From the NCBI GenBank assembly GCA_039621445.1, contig CP154954.1:33887737-33951736 (forward strand): DNA of 64,000 nucleotides, in the 5' to 3' direction. A model generated the notes under the pieces. That model was not told the origin of the DNA. It saw only the letters and a program-made list of their open reading frames with translations, and made no database searches. The DNA is from Euglena gracilis (lineage: Eukaryota). Position 1 is the stretch's first letter, and every line of letters starts with the position of its first letter. The position numbers were made by a program, and so were the translations under genes. This document shows, one piece after another, positions 48,175 through 60,420 of this stretch.

Positions 48175-48176
<2 letters not shown>
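37286..48176 (+). CDS. LYS2: Lys2-like L-aminoadipate reductase / NRPS-type C-A domain gene, partial, multi-exon
   Basis: Exons: 37286-~37377 (YWRQYL...LPTDLPRP), ~37505-37775, 40400-40530 (YQTALF...LLEQ), 41136-41289 (LPDATAPQDTEFPGPIPHCFHANAEKHP), 42026-~42077 (RIAI...TYEELD), ~47311-47436 (LANRL...VLKA), 47692-47830 (GAAYSMMDPAYP), 48014-48176 (FTSGSTGIPKAV). Possible small exons near 38725-38773 and 39742-39765. No T or R domain seen. Confidence 0.7.
38342..39449. mobile_element. CAGG...CCTG TIR element with 8-bp TSD (hAT-like)
   Basis: caggcattatt / aataatgcctg; CCACCCAC at 38334-38341 and 39450-39457. Confidence 0.6.
43264..43722. mobile_element. MITE with CAGGG...CCCTG ends and 7-bp TSD
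   Basis: CCCAATA at 43257-43263 and 43723-43729; internal gcgcattttt repeats. Confidence 0.7.
44962..46319. repeat. Long inverted repeat formed by two opposed ~640-bp MITE copies
   Basis: 44962-45607 is approximately the reverse complement of 45679-46319; each arm has its own cccccatttaaaccgac-type TIRs. Confidence 0.85.
46475..46718. repeat. 30-bp minisatellite (acagggacactttacagggacactttggtt)
   Basis: About eight units seen directly. Confidence 0.9.
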
Positions 48177-48225
<49 letters not shown>

Positions 48226-49559
48226 TTTCCGTGTGCCTAACGGTTCAGGCAGGGCCAACCCCAGCTCATTGCGGGAGCCACCAACCCCTGCCCACCTGGG
48301 CATTTATCTATTCAAGGGCATCATCGCTGGTTGGTAAATAAAAGGGCCTGCCACCTCCGTGGTCTGCTGGTTCTCTGTGGATGCCTTTTTGTCGCAATTG
48401 AAATTCAGCATTGATGTGCGAAGGCTTCTTTTTAACTCAGATGACCCCCCCCCCCGGCGGTGGGCTCAACGATGTAGGCCGGGGGGGGGGTTATGTTGGG
48501 CGCACAGCGCTGAATTACACCAGAGTTACTCACCCGGCCAGGGGGAGCAACAAAAGAGGACTGGTGTAAGGGGTCCCTGGCCACTCACCACGCAGCAAAC
48601 TGGGCCAGAAGCGAAGTTGGCGCCGGCCATAAACAGACAAGAAGCCTTAGTGCAACTAAGCGGGGGGGGGGGGGGGTATGTTGGGTCGACCAACCTAGGT
48701 CGGTCGACCCAACACTGCAATGTTCCGGAGCACAAGTTTTTCTACTGAGAGGAAAACCATGGGGTGGTTGTTGGTTGTCTTGGCGACGGGCCACCGGGCC
48801 ATTCCCATAAATCGTATGGGCCACTGAGCTTGGCCAATGCTTTCTCAAGAACAGGACCCAAGCCAGGTGTCCGGTTGAGTGGTGGAACCACATGGGCTGC
48901 TGGACCCAGGGTATTCAGTGAGTGGGGGGGGGGGAGGAGGTGGTCTCTGACCCCTGGGGGGGTCAACATCTTCCTTCCCTCTGGGGAAAAGAAAACCTGA
49001 CGCGAAGCGCCGTAAAATTTTTTTGAGGGCTATTTTGTTTCCAGGTGACTTTTTCAACAAATTGACAAAAAAAAACAGTTGATAAAAACTTAAGTTTTAC
49101 AGCACAAAGCGCTGGGGGAAAGAGTTTTTTTTTTGACCCCCCAGCTTGGAAAAAAAAACGGTGCTCCGGACCCCCCTTCCACTCCCTGTACAAAACCAAC
49201 GCTCACTTTACACCCTGGACTTCCACTGGTGTTTTATTCCTGCCCTCAAAACCAAACTTTCGGACCATGCAAAATGGGAGGGACTGCCCATAAACGCTGG
49301 CCAGGGCAAAAAAGGGAGGGTTTCAAGGAATTTGGTCAACTTCGTTGCGTGACTCACTGTGCCCCTGGTTTCGGCAAATATCGTCAGATCGAGTGCAAAA
49401 AAATATAAATGAAACAACACTGCCGGGTTGAGACAACTCAGGGGAGTAGGGCAGTGGGATCCAGGACCAGGCTGACGTTGGGCTGGGCTCTTCTCCTAAA
49501 GCAGAGAGCACGCCCACTCCCAAAACCCCATCTGGACTGCCACCCCACCGCGACTTGTC

Positions 49560-51583
49560 GGTGAACCAAGATCTTGCCACGGGACCCCCCGGGGCGATGC
49601 TCCGGTTCTGGGCTCGCCACTGGAGGTACGCCAGGCCGACGAAGCCCTGGTCGGTGGCCGCCTTCTGGACGGCGTTGCTCTTCGGGTTCCTCTTTCGGTA
49701 CTCCTGTTGGCAGGGGGTGCGCTGGGCCCCCCCTTCCGACAAACCAAAACCACCCCAAATGCAGAGAAATGTCCCAAATTAAAAATGCACTCAAACGTCA
49801 CTTGAGACACAGTAAGGTTTGCCCTCTTGGGCACAAGCCCTCCCCAAATGTTCTCACAGCGACCCATCTTGCCGATCCTCTCACAAGCACATCAGCTCCG
49901 TGGCAAATTCAAAACAAGACTATTTCCAAGTGGTAAACTGGTATTTCTGAAAAACAAAACAAGCATAAAACATTCTTATTGGCTACCCCCCCCCCCCCAA
50001 GCACAAGCCTGGTCACATGTGCATGCCTTTATATATGGAAAGTTCATAATCCACAAAAACAAGCAAAGAATTTGTCCACGCAAGTGTGAAACGTAAAAAC
50101 CATCAACAAATTAAAACTTAACGCACTTTTACCTTGAAATCCCAAAAAAGTTGAGAATGCTCGTGCTCTTTGTAGTGTAAAGTTTGTTTGCAAACACACA
50201 CACACATACACACCAGAGGTGCAACCTTCCTTTTTTGTTTTTAAAAACATGCTGCATGATTGTTAAAATTTGACAGAAAGGTAATTTTCTTTGAAAGGTT
50301 TATTATGACTTTGCATTTCATTTCACAAAAATTGAAGTATACAGTCCCCTCTCCAATGAAGAGCATCTGCAAGTGCACAATCCATACTGCGGCTAACTGG
50401 TACAACTCGGTAACGGCACCAGCCTTGCCGATGAGTGCACCACTATTCAGTCCCCCATAGCCACTTGCAGGGCCTCGGCATCGGATAAAATGTTTCTGGG
50501 GAGGTTTTCTTCCCAACGTAATTACTGCACTATACTTTATATGTAACTATACATAAAATTTGCCTCTCCTCCATTACCGATAAAATGACCAGTACCACCT
50601 GTGCTCTTTACCAGGGGGTGAAACCAAGACACTTTATATATTTGTTTTGCACATGGAAACAACATCTCAAAAAGGGGAATGAAGAGTGTGCTAAAAAAGA
50701 GGGTGATCATTAGACAATGCCCTTGTGTCTCCTGGTGGATTCTCCATTTCTTCAACTCACCGGCATAGTGGGGCTTCGCCCTCAGAAGAAGAGCGCCATG
50801 GGAATGGGGTGAAGGCAGGCTTCGATATAAAGGCAGGTGGGGGGGGGGGTCGGACCCCCTTCGGTCGAGGTGGGGGGTGGGGGGACCCCCACCTAAACCC
50901 TGTATGGCTCTCCTTATAGCGAACCCTTGGTGAGGGGCCGGGGGCCTGGCTGGAGGGCTGGCGGGGGAACCGCTCGTAGCATGTCTGGCCGAGCATTTCA
51001 TTGTAACACGCCCGCTCGCACCCTGGGCCGACGGGACCCTCGCATAAAGGAACCTGACGTGCGCACACACCACACCTCACACCTTCACAGACACCCACGC
51101 GCGCGCACACACACACACACATTCACACACATTAGGATTTCCATTAGCTAAACTTGGACTAGCTGCAGTACAGCCATCCGGGGAGGGGGTTAATGCGAAC
51201 CCTTAAGCAAAGGGCTGGTGCATACGCAGAGGGTGGATGTATGTTTGTGTTTGTTGGCGGGTGGTTGTAGCATTTTTATTCTTTTGCAAGATATCGCATC
51301 CACAAGTCGTTGTCAGGAGTTAGTCTGCTTGCCTGGATACTTTATTTCCCAAATAATTTCAACCAGCCACCGGCCATCTTAAGATATCCCTAATTCTTTG
51401 TCCTTCACCGTACAAAAAGCAAGCATTTGTAGCAATTCCACAATTCAAAGACAAACAACGAAACCAACCCCCACAGTCGCCGCAATCAATTTCACATTTC
51501 TTGATCTTTTCATGAAAATATAAAAAAAATTCTCACAAAACAGGGAAACTGGTGGAGATTGTGTTTGCGCGTGCACGCGCGTT

Positions 51584-51658
<75 letters not shown>

Positions 51659-53211
51659 TTTGTGCTGAGCCTGTGCATGTGTGCGCGCGCATGTGTGGGG
51701 GATGGGTGGGTTGGTGTGGTATGTTGTGTAAGGGCGTGTATGCAGAAGTGTTGTGCCCATTGTGCATATGCATGTGCGTGCATGCGTGTCTGGGTGGGTG
51801 AATGCATGCACCAATGCATTCACGTGCACACACATAAACCATTTTGGATTCTTGCACGCTCAATACAAAAAAAAACAACCACACTTGATTTTTTGAATGA
51901 GAATTCAGTAGTTGCCTTATGACCGGTTCAACCACACAACATACACGCATGTGTAACATGGATATAAAAGAAGGTAACAATAATGCAGACATGGTCATAC
52001 ATACAGACAATTTACTCAATCATCATTGCATACCGACCACCACGTCCGCGTTCAGCTCCCGGTAGCGCCGAGCGATGGTTGCCTCAGCATCCGCAAACAG
52101 GACGTCGAAGGCATCCACCATCACCACCACCGTGTCCGGCGGCACCGTCTGATGGGCCAGGGGAGGGGGTGGGGAGACGGGCCCCCCTAATCCGCATCAG
52201 TCAGGCACGCAGGCAGCCATGGCGCCGCAGCCCCCCCCCCCCCCCGCTCCTTTGCTTGTGTCTGGTGGCTGCAGCCTGATGGTTGATGCAAGGCACTGCC
52301 TGATAGTGATCACTGATGGTTGGTGCGCGGCGCAGCGTTCCGCCGCCGCCGAGAATCTGCCAGCGGGGGCGTTGAGGCGGGGCGGGTGGCCCTGGGCACC
52401 CTCCCCGCCCGTCCCCTAGTCCCCGGTCACGACCCATCCCCCCCCCATCTCCGGGCCGAGGGGCCACACCTTGAGGGCGGCCAGGATGAGGGGGATCTTG
52501 ACCACCTTCGTCTTCTTTGTCAGGTGCTTCTCGTGCCACCCAAACACGTGCATCGGAGGCCCGGGCCCCCACCCTCTCGGAGAGGACATCCAGGCGGAGA
52601 AATCCAGAGGGCTTTGGGAGGCTACTGTCACGAAAGAGCGCCGGCCGTAGCGGGTGGGCTGGGGGCCTGGCCGTGATGTTGTTGCGGACGGCGCTGCGGA
52701 GCATGTCGCACACGAAGCCGTACTGCCGCGACGCGATGGTGAAGAAGAAGAGCTCCCCAGGCCGGGGACTGGGGCGCAGGTCCTCGGGCAAGGGATCCGG
52801 GTGGAGCTCCTCGGGCGGAGGATTCGGGCTGAGCTCCTCGGGCGGGGGACGGGGGCGGGGGCACTCCACGCGATGGGTGAGGCTGTGGGGGTTTCTGCAG
52901 GCATGCAGACACAGCTGCTTTCTTTCTGGGCGGAATCGCCCCCCCCCCCCCGGCATCCTCTATACTATGGCACAGGTCAGCGGTGCCGGCGTTCAATGCT
53001 GGTTGGCTTGCTGGAAGGCACTTCGTTGGTGGCCCTGCCCCACCTTCCGAGAGTTTGCTGTGGCATGGCCTGGGGGGGGGGGGGAGAGGACGGCCCCCGG
53101 GTTGGGAGGGAGGGGGGAGGGCTCAGCGGAGACGGCCCCCGCCACCAGCAGCATCAGCCACACCGCCGCCACAATGATGGCAGCGCGGGGGCGGAGCAGT
53201 GTGTGCGCCAT
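49560..53211 (-). CDS. PLOD-type (GT-A) glycosyltransferase-like secretory protein, multi-exon, 3' end unresolved
   Basis: N-terminal hydrophobic segment MAHTLLRPRAAIIVAAVWLMLLVAG (ATG 53211). Exons ELFFFTIASRQYGFVCDMLRSAVRNNIT, VFGWHE...KIPLILAALK, DTVVVMVDAFDVLFAD...DVVV (~52035-52150), GLNSGALIGKA (~50390-50470), ATDQGFVG (~49570-49710). Confidence 0.65.
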
Positions 53212-56200
53212 CCCGTCATGGTCGCATCCCGGGTCAGTGCTGGCCTGCGGATGACATGGAGGGGGGGCAGCCAAAATTTTTATTAACTGTATGAGACAGA
53301 AAAATTAAAGCAGAAAATCGCAATTAACTATTTAGCGTAAAAAAAAACAACGCCAATTGTCTTTGCTTTAACCCTTTTTTTTCCAAAAACTAAAAAATCA
53401 CTCAAATGAATCGAATAATACTAAATTGCTGGATTATGGCTTCTTCCTTGCTTCTGTTGTGTCCAACAAACACTTAGGTGACAAAATTTTTGTGGCCCGA
53501 ACAGAGGGCATTCGTTGGAATGTACAATGTTCTGGGAATGTGCCAGTGAGATGGGATGTGTTTTGACCACCTGCTGTGTCAACAAAACGATACCATTGAC
53601 CGATGACAATAATAAATAACCCTTTTTTGCAACCCAGCCCACCCCCACCCTTATCCAAGAATACTTCTCCAAGAATCCAAGAATATCCAAGAATACCATC
53701 CCGTCTTGATGAGGCAGCCGTTTGACAGTTTCCAAACACACATATGCTGAGTGTTACGTACCCCATGTGCTTTGGTGGCACCTGCTCTTATGCACCCCTG
53801 GCCCCACAACCGGCCGCAAATTCATTCCTGTCAGAGCGCCTTTTAAGCTGCAGGAACCCCACGTTGGAGGGGGGGGAGGGTTCCAGCCAGTTTCCAGCCG
53901 GTAGCTTGTATCCAGCCCCACAGGGGTACGTCAGCGACACGCTGTGTCTGAAAATACTTAGGAAGGTGAGACAAAACCTGAAACTATGCCCTAAACCTTG
54001 ACTTTTTGATGAATTGGTGGTCGGTGTGTGCGTTTGCACAAATGAACGGTGTGCGCAAATGCACAAATCAACCATTTGTGCAAATGTGTAAAGGGGCCAC
54101 ACACGCAAGCTGAAATTGGTGTGTTTGCAAATTGCACAAGTGGTTGGTTTGCGCAAATGAGCACATCACCTGTTTGCTTGGTTTGGTTGCAACGGCACAT
54201 AACAGCCACTTGCGCAACTTAACACGTACCAATTAGAGGGTGCGGCATTACTGCAGTTTGAAAATCCTGAAGCGCAAGATATTTTGTAGAACTAATAGAC
54301 CAGACTTCTGGGTCCAAATTTGGGCTTTGGCAATTGGGCGTATGAAAATCCATTTTTTTGATCTCTAAAACACCAAAATAACCAGCACTTCCAAATTTTA
54401 TCTTGAAAAGTGCCCGGACTTCTGAGACAAGGGAAGAGTGGAAAAATGAGGAGAGCACGTGGAGATGTTGTGCTCAAAATGGAGGTGTTACGCAGTATGT
54501 TTCAAAAGGACAAAAAGCGTGTCAGGGTTTGCATTATATGGCCCCTTGAATACAAGATTTTCAAATCAGCTGACACATCCATTCCCAGTCAATATACCGT
54601 GCCTCATTTTCGGACGAAAATACTTGGGGTGAAATATCGTTAATTTTTCAAAATTAAAAATATTTTGGTTGGTGTGTAAATCAACCATTTCAATGGTCGG
54701 GCATTTGCACCAAAGATACCAGCAATGTTCGTGGGGACGTGGTCCAAAGGAGGGAATACCAAAATTTCATCACATTCATATTCCAGCTCCAAACAAGCTG
54801 GCATAGGAGGTGCTTGGTTGATTTTAAAGTGGACGGTGTTTTCAAATGCACACATCGTCAATGTGCGCATTTGCAAACACCGACATCATTTTTGCTGTTG
54901 TGTGGCTGGTACAGAATCTTAAACATCAGTGGGGTGGTGTGGACAACTTGCCACCGAACTCAACTGGTGCGGCAATCCTCCCGTGTTCTGCATCCCAGTC
55001 ATCAACCACCCGTGGCAGAGTTCTCCAACAGTCCATTTCCACCCTCCTTGTTTGTTGCATGTGAATTTCCACTCCTTTCGTAACCAGCTTCAGAAACCTC
55101 CACAACGTGCCTCAGGGCCTCTGAAAGCAAGCAAAGGCATGGACCTGCCACCCCACCTCCAGAACACCACCCGGGGCCGGCACTTGTCACAAGGAGGGAG
55201 GCAAGGACCGGGGTTTCGTGTGTTTTTTGGGGTGAATTTCTCACTTCGGGGAGGTCAGTGCCGGGGACATAATTCGGCGACAATCCCAAAACTCGGCGAC
55301 ATAATTCGGAGGTCAAAAAAAAAACACCATTCCCCCAGGTGTCACCGCAGGAAAATTGCGAAAATAAACAAATGGAGTGCCTGTGTGTCACAAGCAGTTC
55401 AAAAGCCTGGGTCACAACCCTCTAAAACAAACGTTTCAAAGTTCTTGTGTCCAAGCGCGCACATGCGCACATGCGCACATGCGCACATGCGCACATGACA
55501 CAAGAAAGCTTAAATGCGAGATACACCGCCTGAGTGGCTTCTGTCTGACGCACTGTCGCTCTTCAGCAAGATCTGAGATGCTCTTGGAAAACTGGGCATG
55601 CGCATCGTTGTTGGTTTTTTTAATTTTTTTGAGGGGAAAGGTGGCCACATTTGTGTAGAAAGGCTTGACCTACTCAGGAACAATGGGGGGGAGGGTCAAA
55701 ATTGCAACCTTTTATTTCGGAGAATGGGAATCTGGAGGACCGAGCGGTGCCCAGACATCCCCCCGTGCGGACACCTCAAAAAAACAACACCCCTGGAAAC
55801 ATATAAATATAAAAAGGGTCCTGGGGGCAGTGGGGAGAAGCGATTTTCATGCGTTGAAATGGGGGGTTTCAACTGAGGGCATAAAATTGCAGAATGGCCT
55901 TCCAGCTGCATCCTGGGGCATGCAGAACCTCCAACCACTGAAGAAAATCCCAGAAACGGAAGAGGCAAGTGCTTTGTTGCAAACCCAGAACCTGTAAAGA
56001 GCTTAGACTCGGCAGCGGCTAAAAGAAACGTTTGCCATCCAAAGAAATGCACCGAAGCAGAGACATCTCCCCCCCACCACACCAGAGGTTTTCTTCAAGA
56101 CCCGGGGGGGGGGGGGAGGGGTCCATCCGGCCAGCTGGAAAAAGGTGCTGGCTGGACCCCTCCAGGGGGGGGGGGGAACCAGCCAACTGCCGGGCTGGAA

Positions 56201-56780
56201 TCAGATGATACACAAAACCTGGTGGAAAAGGCCAAACCCAGGTGAGTTGGAATTTTTCTGCCAAAATTTGCAGCAAAAGGCGCCGAAACCTTCAGAAATG
56301 CCACGTTGGGCCAAATTTGACTCCATTCTTTCAAAAAAAATTTTGACGCTTCGCGCCAAAAAGAGAGGAAATACCCGCCTCTGGCGAGCACGACCCCCCC
56401 AGGGGGGGGGGCTCGGCCGCGCCCACCCACCCACCTGGGTCACGAAACTTAAAAAAGCCTCTGGGGGGTTCAGCGGGCTGGGAGCTGCTGGCTGAAAAAA
56501 AAAAGGAAAAAAGGACCCCCTCCCCCCTGGGGGGTGGTAGGGTCCCCTCCGGCTTACAAAAACCCCTGCCCCCCACCGGGAGGAGAACTGCCTGGCATCC
56601 GAATCCTTCCAAACGTGCACAGCAAGCTCCGCAGTGAAAGCAGACGCAGCGAGGGTTCGGCGGCAAAACCAAAGAACACAGAATGGCCGCCGGATGGGGT
56701 GCCTCATTCGATGCCACACTGGACTGGCGTCGTGTGACCCGCCGAGGGCCAATGGCCCTGTGGTGGAACCGCCTCGGGGT

Positions 56781-56901
56781 CAGGGTTTGAAATAAGGACA
56801 GGTGGGGGGGTGGTCCGGACCCCCCCCTCCCGGCCAGGAGGGGGGGGGTGGGGGGACACCCCCCACCTAAACCATGTACGCCCTCCTTATATCAAACCCT
56901 G
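56781..56901. mobile_element. hAT-like MITE (family also at ~50816-50929, 59194-59557, 63572-63976)
   Basis: TIR cagggtttgaaataagg / ccttatatcaaaccctg; TSD CTCGGGGT. The 59194-59557 copy has TSD GTCAACAG. Confidence 0.85.
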
Positions 56902-57399
56902 CTCGGGGTGCGCCATGCTTCGCATGGAGGTGTGTGCGTGTGTGTGTTCTTGTGTGTCCATATGTGGAGGAGGAGCAGGGAGGGGGGGCAATCCTGATCA
57001 ATGCGACTGCCCCACCGAAGGCGGAAGGCACTCCACAGCAGGCTGGCCCCCATACCCCGGTGGGCTCTTACGTACCCTGGAACCAGAATGCCAAATTCAA
57101 CTTGGGATTGGGTTGCGCTGGGATGATTGAGGAGGTCGAATTTTTAATTGGTCGTCAGAAAATTTTTTTGTCGTTCGCTGCACAGAGAAAAAAACTCTTC
57201 GGGTCTCCTGAAACGCAACAAATTTTTTTTTCGTTTGCACTTGCGCCACAACTGAATTGCGACTGAATTGCCTTATGTTGACAGTTCGCATCTGCTGCAA
57301 GGAATACCAAGGAATCCAAAACCACCAGCTCTGTGTTGGAAATTGGGCCTTTTATTTTACCAATTTCCCGGCCCCTCCCTGCCGGATGGTGCCCGGGCC

Positions 57400-60300
57400 G
57401 GGGGACGACCAAGGGGCTGGCCTGGGCGGTGAGGGCCGCCGCCAGGGCCGCCAGGCCGCTCATCGCCGTGAACGGCAGCATGAGCCGCAGCAGCCCCAGG
57501 TCGGGGCTCAGCGAGTTGCTCCACGAGAACAGCGGCCCCCACACGGCGGTGCCTGCGGGGAGGGGAAGGGGGTGTGGTGGCGGGGGCAGGGGGGGGGGGT
57601 CCCTCCTCCCAATCAAGGGACGGGGGGGGGGGCCGTCCCGCCTCAACGCCAGACAGCCCTGGGCTCTGCGGGGGACGGCCGGTGCCTCAAATGAGGCACT
57701 CACAGCTCTGTGGGAAATGGAAAACCTATCAGCGGGTTTCCATTTGGAGGATGGGCCAGCAGAAAAACAGAAACATGCACCAGCACATGCGGCAGTGAAC
57801 CCGCGAACAAAACAACGCCACATATGCGGGGATGCATTTGCAGACCCAACACGAAACACTGCCCCGGGAGAGGCAGTTGCGTCAGGTGGATGAAGGGGGA
57901 GACCGGCGGTCCGGCCCACGGCGACCAACACCGCCGCCACGCCGTTGGCGCGGCCGCGGACGCGGTGGGGCACGGAGTCGTTGATGAGGATGAAGACGAA
58001 CGTGTACGCGGCCTCCGTGCTGACGCTGAGCAGCATGAACGCCGCCGCGGCTGAGGGGTGGGTGGGGTGGGGGGGCTGTTGTTGATTTTTTTGCAGATCC
58101 GACAAAACAAAAAAAATTTGCGGGGGACGAAACTTTGGGACTTCCCCCCCCAGGCACATTCATTGGAAACACATTCAATTTCTGTGAGGACCATTCCAAA
58201 ACGTTCACGGTCCTGAGTCCTTTTCCTCCACCTGACCCTCCAATCACAAAGCCATCAAGAATTACTTCGGCACTTGAGGCTCCGAAGGAAAAAAAATGGC
58301 CCAAAAAATCTGGAAACGTGAGAAGAGATGGTGGCAGGGCTGTACGGGAAGGGGGCGGCTGGCACGGGAGGAAGGAGGTGGGGGGGGGTCGACTCCCCCC
58401 CACCACAGCACCTTGCAAGAAGAAATTCATTTGGTGTCGAAGGAAAAAGTTAAAAACTTGCCCCCCCCCCGGAAATATGGGAAGGCCTGGTGGGGGTTGG
58501 GGGTGGTCGACCCCCCATAGGGTTCCGGGGATTCCTGCACAGCCCTGACCCAACCTCAAAGCCGAAGGGCTTCCTGGAGGGGGCCCTGCACCCCTCATTC
58601 GCCCCCCCGGGGGGGGGCAAACTGGGCCAGAACCGAAGTTAGCGCCGGCCATAAACAGACAAGAAGCCTCGGTGCAACCAAGGGAGGGAATGGGACGGCG
58701 GCGGGCGACCAGCGCTGCAGGGAAGGCAGGGGAAGGGCGGGGCACCGGCGGCGGTCTCCGCCAGCGGGGAGTTGGTCCGGCCGGCGAGGGACCAGAGCGG
58801 CGCGGCGAAGGCGTTGAGGGCGAGGCCGCCCATCGCGAGCCGGAACGCTGCGGTGGGGGGGCGGGAGGTGTGTTGGGGGTGTGGGTGGGGTGTGTAGCCC
58901 CTCCCCGGCCCCTTGGTCCCCGCCTGCCGACTGCGGGCACTCCGAGCCTCCATGGGGGTGGCCCTCTGCCTCGGGGGGGGGGGCAAAAGCCACGCAAGCG
59001 ATTCTCTGAAATCAGGGGGAGGGAGACGTACACCGGTGGGGTGTGGACCACCGGGGGGTGGGGTGTGTGTGAGGGGACCGGACCTTGGCGGCAGCACAGC
59101 CGTCGCGTGAGCCACGGCACCAACAACAGCTGTGACCCGATCAACGCAGGGCCTGCAGGGCGGGGGGGGGGGGTTGCCATGTGGGGTCAACAGCAGGCTT
59201 CGATATAAGGGCGGGTGTCGGACCCCCCTCTCCGGTCCAGGGGGGAGGGCACCCCCACCTAAATAAAAACGCGGTCTTGGCAAGTGATTTCGGCCCGGCG
59301 CAAAGCGATTTGACCGCCCAAACGGCCAAAAATGCCATTTTGGGCACTTTTTTTGGGCAAAAATTTGGCAAATGCAAAAAATTCTCGGCAAGAAGCGCCG
59401 AAAGGAAAAAATTGACCTTTTTGGGGGGTCCCGGGTATCCCCCCAGGGTCGGTCCGGACCCCCCCCCTACCAGGTGGGGGGCTGGTCCAGACCCCCCCCC
59501 CCCTCTCCGGTCTTGGGGGGACACTCCCCCGCCGAAACCCCGTCCTCCTTATCCCTGGTCAACAGGGGGTGAATGGGACGGCAAAGAGGGGGATGTGGGT
59601 GCAACGCACAAATAGGACCGACGTCAGGATTGCTGGCCGTTGATGAATCGGCATCGTTACCAACATCTAGGACAGAAATATGCGCTCCATTGCCAGGCTT
59701 TGAGGCCAGAGGGAACATGGCATCAACCCTCATTGCTGGCAACGAAATTGCGCCAACCATTTACTGCCCATCTGGTGTATCATTTGATTTTTTGGAACTT
59801 GTTAATATTGTTTCGACCCTTTGCCGACCATCGACGATGAGCACACCAGTGAAAGCCATGGCGGAGCCCAGCTGTGCAGCAGAAAACCCAAAGCCACCAT
59901 GGGGGTGGTCCATGATGACCCACTGCCAGGTCCCGCCTTGTAACACCCAATGCAATTTGGCAGGAGAATGCATGCACAAAACACTGATCACACCAAACAG
60001 TTCACAACAATACACGTAACATATGCATGAACCATACATACATGCGCACACACAAACACACAGCAAAAAAAAACAGCAGCAGGAAGCACCAGCAGCAAAA
60101 CAACGACGAGCAGTGTTGTTGCAACGACGAGCATTGTTGCAGCAGCATCAGCAACAAATGCTTGTTGCTGCAGCAGTTGTTGCTGCAGCAACATCGTAAT
60201 TGAGTTATTATGCTATCGTGAGAGTTATGATTTGTTTTCTCTGTTGTTGCCACTGCTGCTGTCACACATGTTCTCTTGGTGGCATTGGCACAAGGAAATG

Positions 60301-60420
60301 CCTGCCCACAGGGGGAAGAGCTCTTCATATCCGATGTGGCATACTCCCAACATACAGTACAGCGCGCTGCTGACTAAAAAGAGCAGAGGAGGTGACGCCA
60401 GATGATGCTTCCTCGTCACA
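57400..60420 (-). CDS. MFS transporter (ZIF/ZIFL-like), C-terminal exons
   Basis: IGYEELFPLWA (~60300-60345); HGGFGFSAAQLGSAMAFTG (~59845-59915); GSQLLLVPWLTRRL; AAFRLAMGGLAL; FVFILINDSVPHRVRGRANGVAAVLVAVGRTAG; WGPLFSWS. Upstream exons not resolved. Confidence 0.7.

Noticed and set aside
54640-54876. Possible coding exon (ELEYECDEILVFPPLDH)
   Set aside because: No recognisable family or supported splice context.
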